This document shows, in pieces, positions 1 through 8,094 of a DNA stretch of 64,000 bases; the stretch's first letter is position 1, and each line of letters opens with the position of its first letter. The translations under genes were made by a program, and so were the position numbers. Under the pieces are notes generated by a model, which worked only from the letters and a program-made list of their open reading frames with translations, searched no databases and was not told the origin of the DNA. The DNA lies in contig JAWLHB010000018.1 in the NCBI GenBank assembly GCA_041690595.1, forward strand, positions 62,001-126,000, read 5' to 3'. Origin of the DNA: Lentisphaeria bacterium (GTDB lineage: Bacteria; Verrucomicrobiota; Lentisphaeria; JABSQK01; JAWLHB01).

Positions 1-2199
1 GCCTGTCACAACGACGGTTTCGGTTCCTCGGCCCAATTCCCGCAGGTCATGCGCGGCTGTGGCCTGGCCGGAATCCGGGGCATGTCGTACTGCTGTCCGG
101 AGCTACCTTACTGGCGGGGACTGGATGGAAGCACCGTCGCCGTCCTCAAGGATCCACCCGGCGTCACCCTCTTCTACGACCACTGCTATCATGAACCCTG
201 CCGTGCCTGCGACGGACAAGGCTGCGACAGCTGCGAAGCCACCGGCCTCGACCTTCCCCAGAATGTCTATCCGCCCTTCGAACCTCCACCCGACAGCGCC
301 TTCAACGACGGCATGGCGATGTACAAGATCTGTTCCGAAGAGATGCTGCCGCCATCCTGCATGACGGAGTTGATGGCGACGTGGGAAGCAGCAGGCATAT
401 CCTGCCAATGGGGCACCAACCGCGCCTTCGACGACCTCTTCCGCCACCAGCTTGACGCCGTCGATCATGCCCCCGCCGATCAGATCTCCGCACGCGTCGA
501 GAACAATCCCGTGCAGACGGGATGCTACGTGAGCCGCAGTCGCATCAAGCAGCTGGCGCGTCGCTGCGAGGCTCTCTTCTACAGCTGGGAACGCGCCCTG
601 GCACTGACCGCTCCCGCCGCCCTCGACGATGATCGATGGACCGCCTTTTTCCTCGAACTGCCCCTCTATTACTTTCACGACGCCATCACCGGCACCCATC
701 AGGACGAGGCGTACGTGGAACTGATCGACCGCATGCAGGAGATGCTGGCAGGAGTTGACGCCTTTGGCCGTTCGGCCCTCTCGTCAGACCAGCCCGAGAA
801 GCCGCTCTGGTGCTTCAATCCCAGCCATCGGCGCTTGCCGTTGCGGGTGACCCTGCCTGACGAGGAGTGGCGATCCGCCCGCCCGCGGGTGGCGCTGCTG
901 CCCGACGGTCGCCGGGCCCCGGTCGTGCTGCCGCTGCATCCCGACGCGCCGAAGATGCCGCTCCTGCCCAGCCGTCTCATCGCGGCGGTGGGACCCAACG
1001 CCCGCACTCGGCCGGACCGCATCGAGCCGGTGATCGAGGTGCCGGAGCTGTCGCCGCTGGAGTGGTCCCGCATCGAGTTGGTCGAAGGAAAGCCGCCCCA
1101 GCCGCTGGAGGGGGATGTGATGGAAAACCGCTGGCTGCGGGTGGAACTGGGCGATCATGGCGTCAAGGCGCTGGAGCACTTGGCGAGTGGTGTGCGCCTG
1201 GAGCCGGAGCTGCCGCTGGGCCATCTGCTTTGCGAGGAAGACGAGGGAGACCCCTGGGGCACGCGCAAGATATGCACCTTCAGCAAGGAGCTGGCGCGGT
1301 ACACGCATCGGCTCGGCGGGTTGCGCTGCGACGGGTACAGCGAAGTCTATTTCGTCGGCCGCTACGAGCCAAACCTCCCCTTCGGCCGGGAGGAGGACCC
1401 CGCCATCTTCGCTCTGGAGTGGTACCTGACCGTGCGCCTCCTCGACGACGCGGAGCGGCTCGACTTCCAGGTCGAGCTCTTCTGGAAGAGCGCCAACCGA
1501 CGTATTCGGGCTTGCTTTCCGGTTGGCGCCCAGACGGATTCCGCCTGGTATTCGATCCCCGGCGGCTGGCTGGAACGACCGCGCTACGAACAGACGGAGC
1601 GCTGCCTCTGGAGCCCCGGCGGCGATTGGCCGGCCGTCCATGCCGTGGCCACCCAGCCCGACGGCACCGGCCTGGGATGGGCGATCGTCAATCATGGAAC
1701 CCCTTCGGCTCGCGTGGCCGATGGCAGCATCGATATCACCCTGCTGCGCTCGCCCGGCTTCGGGCACTGCCTGGAACGGTATGCCCAAAGCTATCCGATG
1801 CCGACCAGCGGCATTCGCGATGGCGGATGGCATCTCTTCACCTTCTCCCTTCTGCCGCATCACGGTCAGACCGATCTGTCGCGACTCATGGGGACCGCTG
1901 CCGCGCTCAACCTGGCCCCGCCCCTCGTCCATGCCGCGGCCCAACCTCGCGCCACCCGCCTCGAGCTCCAGGCCGAGGACGCCGAACTCCTGGCAATCAA
2001 GCGCCCCTTCGATGGGGGAGACGGCCTCATCCTGCGCCTTGCCAACATCAGCCCGAAACCCTCCACCTTCACCTTGAACGACGTATGGCAGGTGGCGGAA
2101 ACCGACATGCGCGAGCGCCCAGCTACGGCGGCGGCGCCCGCCGGCACCCTCACCCCATGGCAGATTCGCACCATGCGCCTGACCGCACCTCAAGCATGA
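1..2199 (+). CDS. Glycoside hydrolase family 38 (alpha-mannosidase-like), 5' end outside the window
   Basis: Frame is open from base 1 (ACHNDGFGSSAQFPQVMRGCG, resembling the GH38 nucleophile motif D-x-FG-x-S-x-x-x-PQ). Middle-domain motif FHDAITGT. C-terminal ITLLRSP and DGGWHLFTFSLLPH motifs. Confidence 0.8.
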   Translation, partial: ACHNDGFGSSAQFPQVMRGCGLAGIRGMSYCCPELPYWRGLDGSTVAVLKDPPGVTLFYDHCYHEPCRACDGQGCDSCEATGLDLPQNVYPPFEPPPDSAFNDGMAMYKICSEEMLPPSCMTELMATWEAAGISCQWGTNRAFDDLFRHQLDAVDHAPADQISARVENNPVQTGCYVSRSRIKQLARRCEALFYSWERALALTAPAALDDDRWTAFFLELPLYYFHDAITGTHQDEAYVELIDRMQEMLAGVDAFGRSALSSDQPEKPLWCFNPSHRRLPLRVTLPDEEWRSARPRVALLPDGRRAPVVLPLHPDAPKMPLLPSRLIAAVGPNARTRPDRIEPVIEVPELSPLEWSRIELVEGKPPQPLEGDVMENRWLRVELGDHGVKALEHLASGVRLEPELPLGHLLCEEDEGDPWGTRKICTFSKELARYTHRLGGLRCDGYSEVYFVGRYEPNLPFGREEDPAIFALEWYLTVRLLDDAERLDFQVELFWKSANRRIRACFPVGAQTDSAWYSIPGGWLERPRYEQTERCLWSPGGDWPAVHAVATQPDGTGLGWAIVNHGTPSARVADGSIDITLLRSPGFGHCLERYAQSYPMPTSGIRDGGWHLFTFSLLPHHGQTDLSRLMGTAAALNLAPPLVHAAAQPRATRLELQAEDAELLAIKRPFDGGDGLILRLANISPKPSTFTLNDVWQVAETDMRERPATAAAPAGTLTPWQIRTMRLTAPQA

Positions 2200-2478
2200 T
2201 CAGAAGGTGACCTCAAAACCCGTTTCGGTTCCCTTCACGGCAACCTCCCTCACCTTGAAGTCGCGGACGAACGACAAGGCCGGACCTTCGTGGATACGGC
2301 GCTGAAAGGTGTCGAGCGCCTTCGGCTCGCCCTCGACTTCCATCTCCACGCTGCCATCCCCACGGTTTCGAACCCAGCCCGTGAGGCCGAGACCCGTGGC
2401 CGTCTGGCGGGTGAAGTGGCGGAATCCCACCCCTTGGACCCGACCATTCACTCGGATATGAAAACGTTTCTCGCTCAT
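2200..2478 (-). CDS. acyP: Acylphosphatase
   Basis: 92 aa with GRVQGVGFR and GWVRN signature motifs. Confidence 0.95.
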   Translation of the reverse strand: MSEKRFHIRVNGRVQGVGFRHFTRQTATGLGLTGWVRNRGDGSVEMEVEGEPKALDTFQRRIHEGPALSFVRDFKVREVAVKGTETGFEVTF

Positions 2479-2609
2479 GGTTTAAGGGTAGCCTCGGGCC
2501 GCCGAAGATTCAAACCACCTGACGGGTGGAACGCAAGCGCTGGGCGCGTATCTTACAAGACTCCGCCACGGTGGTGGAGACGGGACGACTCTGACGGGGA
2601 CTAACTGGC

Positions 2610-3998
2610 GTGACACCAACTGGCAAAGAGAGGTATCTGGGGCCGCGGGGCTATGAACAGGCCACCTACCTGCTCAACTTCCAGCAACTGCTGATCATCG
2701 GACTCTTCCTGCTGGGTACCCTCATGCTCTTCGTCCGGTTCGAAACAGAGACGGCGCTGCTCATCGTCAACGCGGCCATCGCCTGCGTCTTTCTCATCTC
2801 GACCCTGTACCGGATGCTCCTCATCGACCGATCCCTGCGCCGTAGCGCGACCCTCGAGATTACCCAGGAAGAGCTTGATCGGCCGCGGGAATGGCCGCGG
2901 TATGTCGTCCAGGTGCCGCTGTACCGCGAACCGCACGCCATTCCCCACCTGCTCAGCGCTCTGGGCAAGCTCGATTATCCGAAAGACCGACTCACGATTC
3001 AGTTGCTCATCGAAGATGACGACGCGGAAACCAAGGCGGCGCTGACGAAGCATCGGATCGCACCGCCATTCACGGTTGTACGTATTCCCGTCAGCTATCC
3101 GCGCACCAAGCCCAAGGCCTGCAACGTAGGGCTGGCGGAAGCCGTGGGCGACTACCTCGTGATCTACGATGCCGAAGACCGCCCCGAGAGCAACCAGTTG
3201 AAGAAGGCGGTTGTCGCCTTCAGCAAGTGCGCCCCTTCCATCGCCTGCATCCAGGCAAAGCTAAACTTCTACAATTCGACGCGGAACCTGATCACGCGGT
3301 GTTTTACCGCCGAATACGCCATGTGGTTCGACCTCTGCCTGCCGGGCCTGGACGCGCTACGGGCGCCGATTCCGCTCGGCGGAACCTCAAACCATTTCCG
3401 CCTCGACGTGCTGCGGCGCCTGAAAGGATGGGACGAATACAACGTGACGGAGGATTGCGACCTTGGCCTGCGCCTCTTCATGGGCGGGTGGCGGACAAGG
3501 ATCATGGAATCCACCACCTGGGAGGAAGCATGCCCGCGTCTGCCATCCTGGATCAGACAACGTTCCCGTTGGGTGAAGGGATACGTCATCACCTATCTGG
3601 TGCACACCAGAAAGCTGGCTGACCAGACGCATAAGCTGGGCATTGGCAACAGTTTGCATTTTCACCTGCTCATCGGCGGCTCCGTCATCAGCCAGCTTCT
3701 TGCCCCCTTCTACTGGGCCATGGTGATTATCTGGCTCATCTACCGGCCGGAACAGCTTGGCGCCTACTTTCCCGGGCCGGTCTTTGCCATGGCGGCCATC
3801 TGCCTCTTCGTCGGCAATTTCTGCTTTATCTACAGCTGCGCCATTGCATGCGCCTGCCGCGGCTTCGGCGCCATTGTCAACTATACACCCCTCATGCTGG
3901 TGTACTGGATCGTGATGAGTCTGGCGGCTTGGAAGGGCACCCTTCAGCTCATCTGGCGACCCCACTATTGGGAAAAGACGCAGCATCACGAGAGCTGA
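2610..3998 (+). CDS. Membrane-bound processive glycosyltransferase family 2 (cellulose-synthase-like)
   Basis: Motifs PRTKPKACN, YDAED, GGTSNHF, TEDCDLG and QRSRW (QxxRW), with N- and C-terminal hydrophobic helices. Confidence 0.9.
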   Translation: MTPTGKERYLGPRGYEQATYLLNFQQLLIIGLFLLGTLMLFVRFETETALLIVNAAIACVFLISTLYRMLLIDRSLRRSATLEITQEELDRPREWPRYVVQVPLYREPHAIPHLLSALGKLDYPKDRLTIQLLIEDDDAETKAALTKHRIAPPFTVVRIPVSYPRTKPKACNVGLAEAVGDYLVIYDAEDRPESNQLKKAVVAFSKCAPSIACIQAKLNFYNSTRNLITRCFTAEYAMWFDLCLPGLDALRAPIPLGGTSNHFRLDVLRRLKGWDEYNVTEDCDLGLRLFMGGWRTRIMESTTWEEACPRLPSWIRQRSRWVKGYVITYLVHTRKLADQTHKLGIGNSLHFHLLIGGSVISQLLAPFYWAMVIIWLIYRPEQLGAYFPGPVFAMAAICLFVGNFCFIYSCAIACACRGFGAIVNYTPLMLVYWIVMSLAAWKGTLQLIWRPHYWEKTQHHES

Positions 3999-4063
3999 CG
4001 CTTCTTCCCCCTTTCGCCGCCACCCGGCCCGCTCCCGCGGCCGAAAAGCTCCTCCCCGAATGC

Positions 4064-4081
4064 TTTCAAAAGCTTTTGAAA
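4064..4081. promoter_or_regulatory. Perfect 18-bp palindrome, candidate protein-binding site
   Basis: TTTCAAAAG-CTTTTGAAA is seen directly in an intergenic region; its function is inferred. Confidence 0.4.
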
Positions 4082-4493
4082 TGCCGTTCCCCGCCCCACG
4101 CCGCAATGGATGCCACTTCCGCTCTCCTGGCGCGTTGCTCCGCCAAATTGAAAAAAATGATCTTACAATAACTTGGAATGTCTCCCAAATAGAGCTATCC
4201 TTGACTTATAGTGAGTATTATGGAGTCAGGCGCCGTAGGTGGGGTATATAACTGTTCGATGGTATCACCCTCTAGCAGGGAGATTGTGGTTAGACCAATC
4301 ATCGTTTGAAAGGTTGAGGTCGGCGGCGGACGACGTGCTACACGTCAGTTGCGGCTTGAGCCGGCACATGCGGTACCGAAGCAGGTAGTGATCCACTACC
4401 GAGGTTGGGGTTGAGTGGTCCATGATAGTTGCAAAATGTGTGTTCCCCAGCCAGAACATCATGACCTCAGGATGCACGAGAGGAGTAAAATCA

Positions 4494-4730
4494 ATGGCAA
4501 AGCGTAAGAAAAGACATGAACAGGAAGAAACACTGATGACTCTGGCCGATGTTGCGGTTTATCTGCAAATCGCCGAGCGTACCGTTTATCAGTGGGCACA
4601 ACGGGGGCAGATTCCCAGCTTCAAGCTCGGGAATGTGTGGCGCTTCAAGCGTACCGATCTGGAAAACTGGATCGAGCATCGCAAACGCGAGACTCCCCGC
4701 GCGATTCAGGAAATCCTGGCCGTCGACTGA
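4494..4730 (+). CDS. Excisionase-family (HTH_17) DNA-binding protein, MAD1-like
   Basis: LMTLADVAVYLQIAERTVYQWAQRGQIPSFKLGNVWRF matches the excisionase/HTH_17 pattern. AGGAG RBS lies upstream of the ATG at 4494. Confidence 0.88.
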   Translation: MAKRKKRHEQEETLMTLADVAVYLQIAERTVYQWAQRGQIPSFKLGNVWRFKRTDLENWIEHRKRETPRAIQEILAVD

Positions 4731-4750
4731 GTCGTCAAGCGAGATAGGAC

Positions 4751-4772
4751 AAGCGGCGACCTGGCGCCGCTT
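4751..4772 (+). terminator. GC-rich hairpin downstream of the HTH gene (possible weak terminator or processing site)
   Basis: AAGCGGCG-acctgg-CGCCGCTT forms an 8-bp stem; there is no real U-tract. Confidence 0.3.
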
Positions 4773-4941
4773 ATCGATGTCGCGAAGCGCACCGCTCCTT
4801 GGTGGCCACAAGTAGCTGATTCTGGCTTGTATTCCTCTCCACAACCTTTATGTTGCGGAGAAGAGAGTCTGATGGAGCTGGGGCTGGCGCCATGTTGGCG
4901 TGTGTCGGCTGGATCTGACTCTCCCCGTGGAGGAGAAGCAG

Positions 4942-7900
4942 GTGCGGCAGGTAGTGGGTGGCGAAGAGGTGGTGACGGGCCGCGGAGCTTTGGCCGCTCC
5001 GGTAAAGCCGGCGAGGGGATGGTTGCGCCTGGCGACCGGCATTCTGATCTACGTTGAAGAAGCCCGCATTCTCGGGCATAAGCTCGTCCTGCTCCTGCAC
5101 CGGGACTGGCCGGAGGCGGTCCTGGACGATGCGGACGGCAAGCAACAGCACTGGTGGATCGATGAGTGGCGGACTCGTCCCGCTCTGCGGCCCACCATCG
5201 AGTGGATGACGCGGCAGCTGCGGCAGGCTCTGCGTGAGGTGGGGCTGGCACGCGCGGCGAATGAAGCGCGCTGCATCTTCACGATGCGGGATGACATCGA
5301 TCCTCCCCGAGCGGCGGGGCTGTTGCCGGCCTCGGCCTGGGAATGCGAACTGGCGTGTGGAGCGGCCCCGGCATCCGTTGTGGAGGACTTTCTGCGCCCG
5401 CGATGGGTGAAGCCCGATCCCGGGCATGCCCATCGCCTGGAGTTGCTGCAGGCCGATGACGAACGGACGGTGCTGCAGGCGGCAGATGCGGCGGGGCTCA
5501 TGGAACGCTGGCGTTGCCGGCCGGTGGAACTGGCGGGAGAGCCGTCCCGGCAGCGGTGGGACTTTCTGGCCCCGCGCCTCGAACGGGCCACTCTCCATCC
5601 GCACCTGGCGACGGTACGCCTGGAGTGGCTGGAGTGGCTCGCCGTCGAACACATCCGGTGGCAGGACACCCTCAGCCTGGCCGCACTCCACGAGGTCGTC
5701 CATCTGACCGTTGCCGAGAAGCTGGAGGCCGTCCTGCAGGTGACGCAGGCCCTGGCGGCTCTGCACGACCTCGGGATTGTGCATCAGCAGGTCGATGCCG
5801 AGCGGGTGTTGATGGCGGACGACGGTGCCTGGCTCCACGATCTGGCCCTGCCGCTCGACCGCGACTTTCAGGCGGACGCCCTGCCGGCGCAGGATATCAC
5901 GGCGCTTGGCTCCCTGGCGGTGACGCTCTTCGCGCCATGCGCGGCGGCCTTGCCGGAAGTGCTGCAGGCATTCCTGGGGCAGTGTCGGCGGGGAGAAACC
6001 GGGTCGCTGGCGGCTCCTCTCTTCGAAGAGCGGTTGAGGCGCTGTGTGGAGCTGCCGGAACCGGCCGATTGGAGGCCAACCGCGGTGGCGGATACGGAGC
6101 CCGATGCGTTATTGGTTCCGGGAGAGCAGGTGGGCGATTATCGGGTGGTTCGCCACCTGAAGACGGGCGGCTTCGCGCAGGTGTATGAAGCCATGCACGA
6201 TCTCCAGGCCCTGCACTGCGTGCTCAAGGTGTATCACGCGTCGGCCGGTACTGACGATCTTCGTGAGGAGTTCCGCCTGCTGCGGAGCCTGCACCACCGT
6301 CACATCGGCCGGGTCTGGTGGAACGGGCGTCTCCCGGACGGCCGCCCATACCTGGTGTTGGAGTATCTGGAGGGTGAGGATCTGAGTCGCTTCGCATGGG
6401 GCGACGGCCAGTTGTCACTGGCGACTCTGCGCCAGATTGGGCTGGAGATCCTCTCGGCGCTCGACTATCTGCACGACCCCCTGGCGAGGGATGGCGCCTC
6501 GCAGGGGCGGGCGCTGTGTCATCGCGATGTGAAGCCAGGCAACATCCTGCTCGTACCTGGACGCGGCGCGGTGCTCATCGACTTCAATGTGGCGAGGGTG
6601 GCAGGCCGGCAGGATGGCTTCACCGGCACTCATCGGTATACGCCGCCGGAAGTGATCGAGGGCCGTCGGGCGTGGGATCCTTCGTGCGACCTCTTCGGGC
6701 TTGGTGTGACGCTCTATGAGTTGGCCTGCCGGCGCTTCCCCTTCGAGGGAGATGCACCCTCGCTGGAGAAGCCACCGCGGCCGCCCGAGGCGCCACCCGG
6801 GCAGCCGGCGTTGCCGGAAGCCTGGCGCTCCTTTCTGCGGAAAGCGGTTCAGCCGTCGGCAAGTCGGCGATTCACCGCCGCCTCGCGGATGGCGGCCCAA
6901 TTGCGCGCCCTCCCCGAGACAGCGGATAAGGCGGCACCCACCGCGACGGCAGGAGATCCGATAGCGACGCTGCTGACGGAGTGGGCCGCCGGCGCAACGT
7001 GGGCCGTGGATCGCCTCCATGTGGCGGGCTCCCTTGAAGAGTGGCTGGCAACCTGTGGTGACGGCGCCATTGTTGTGACGGGCCCCATGGGGAGCGGGCG
7101 TCGCACCTTGCTGCGGTACCTGTCGCGGCGATGCCCTTCCCATCGCGCCATCAACGCGGTAGGTTCGCCCGAACGCCTTGAACTGCTGACCGGCGCTGAG
7201 GGGCCGGTGATGCTGGCATGCGCCGAAGATGATGCGCCGGCCGCCATGGCGCGCGGCGGCGACAATGACCTCCTGATCAACCTTGGCAGGCGCGATCTCC
7301 TGGTGGGATGCGAGGGGGCGCCCCCTATGGCGGCACGGCTCCTGGAGAAGGTGGTGGAGTTGGCCCGGGACGCCGCTTCGACCATTTCTGGGGGGCTGCT
7401 GACCGCCAACCTGGCGGCGCTCTCGGATCCGCTGATTCGTGAGCGGCTGCTGGGCGCTCTTCGGCGCAGTTTCTGGAGCAGCCGCGAATCCCTCACCATC
7501 GGGCGGCTGGTCGGGGAATTGGTGCGGATGTTGGGGGCGGATGTTGCCGACCAGCCGCTGGCCATGCTGGAGCGTGCCTGGTGGCAGGGCTGGGGCGATG
7601 CGGCCTCCCCTTCCACGCTCGCCAGTCGGGAACTCGCGATGCAACTGCGCTATCTGCCGGTGGACCGGTTGCCGGCGCTGCGGGGGAGCCCTTGGGCGGA
7701 ATTGCTGCAGCAACGCTGGTGCGGGGCAACAACGACAGAGGAGCGGCGGCAGGTGGCGCGTTGGATCTCTTGCTGGCTCGCCATGGAAGGGGAGCCGGGC
7801 GGCGTCTTCGAGGACAGGCGCATCGCGGATTTCACGCGCCTGTTGCGTGGCGATCCTGAGCTTCTCGATGCAGCCACCAGGATGCTGAGAAGCTTCGCCG

Positions 7901-8094
7901 GTGAGTCCAAGTCGCGGATCGAACTGGCGAGGCCGGAGGATCCATGGGCTGAGCCGGCCCCCGCCGCCATGATCGTGCGGCCGGGTGCGCAGGCACCCAT
8001 CGTGCTGACGCTGCCTCTCTACGAATGGCTGTGCGACACGGCTCCGAACAGCGCGACGGTGGATGCGTTGGACCTATGGGAGGTGAAGCCATGA
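4942..8094 (+). CDS. Multidomain Ser/Thr protein kinase: degenerate N-terminal domain, pseudokinase, intact kinase and degenerate P-loop domain (MAD6-like)
   Basis: Intact Hanks kinase motifs KTGGFAQVY, VLK, HRDVKPGNIL, DFN, GTHRYTPPE and DLFGLG. An upstream degenerate kinase (IVHQQVDAERVL, DITALG) and a later Walker-A-like GPMGSGRRT. The GTG at 4942 follows GGAGGA; the ORF track opens at 4900. Confidence 0.85.
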   Translation: MRQVVGGEEVVTGRGALAAPVKPARGWLRLATGILIYVEEARILGHKLVLLLHRDWPEAVLDDADGKQQHWWIDEWRTRPALRPTIEWMTRQLRQALREVGLARAANEARCIFTMRDDIDPPRAAGLLPASAWECELACGAAPASVVEDFLRPRWVKPDPGHAHRLELLQADDERTVLQAADAAGLMERWRCRPVELAGEPSRQRWDFLAPRLERATLHPHLATVRLEWLEWLAVEHIRWQDTLSLAALHEVVHLTVAEKLEAVLQVTQALAALHDLGIVHQQVDAERVLMADDGAWLHDLALPLDRDFQADALPAQDITALGSLAVTLFAPCAAALPEVLQAFLGQCRRGETGSLAAPLFEERLRRCVELPEPADWRPTAVADTEPDALLVPGEQVGDYRVVRHLKTGGFAQVYEAMHDLQALHCVLKVYHASAGTDDLREEFRLLRSLHHRHIGRVWWNGRLPDGRPYLVLEYLEGEDLSRFAWGDGQLSLATLRQIGLEILSALDYLHDPLARDGASQGRALCHRDVKPGNILLVPGRGAVLIDFNVARVAGRQDGFTGTHRYTPPEVIEGRRAWDPSCDLFGLGVTLYELACRRFPFEGDAPSLEKPPRPPEAPPGQPALPEAWRSFLRKAVQPSASRRFTAASRMAAQLRALPETADKAAPTATAGDPIATLLTEWAAGATWAVDRLHVAGSLEEWLATCGDGAIVVTGPMGSGRRTLLRYLSRRCPSHRAINAVGSPERLELLTGAEGPVMLACAEDDAPAAMARGGDNDLLINLGRRDLLVGCEGAPPMAARLLEKVVELARDAASTISGGLLTANLAALSDPLIRERLLGALRRSFWSSRESLTIGRLVGELVRMLGADVADQPLAMLERAWWQGWGDAASPSTLASRELAMQLRYLPVDRLPALRGSPWAELLQQRWCGATTTEERRQVARWISCWLAMEGEPGGVFEDRRIADFTRLLRGDPELLDAATRMLRSFAGESKSRIELARPEDPWAEPAPAAMIVRPGAQAPIVLTLPLYEWLCDTAPNSATVDALDLWEVKP

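Noticed and set aside
4200..4330. Possible tRNA in the long intergenic region
   Set aside because: No cloverleaf with a consistent acceptor stem and T-arm could be built.
4494..4730. Prophage or ICE excisionase
   Set aside because: No integrase, tRNA/att site or phage genes are nearby; a regulatory HTH is more likely.
4942..8094. BREX type 2 PglW
   Set aside because: No pglX, pglY or pglZ neighbours, and the C-terminus is a P-loop-like region rather than the PglW-type tail. MAD6-like fits better.
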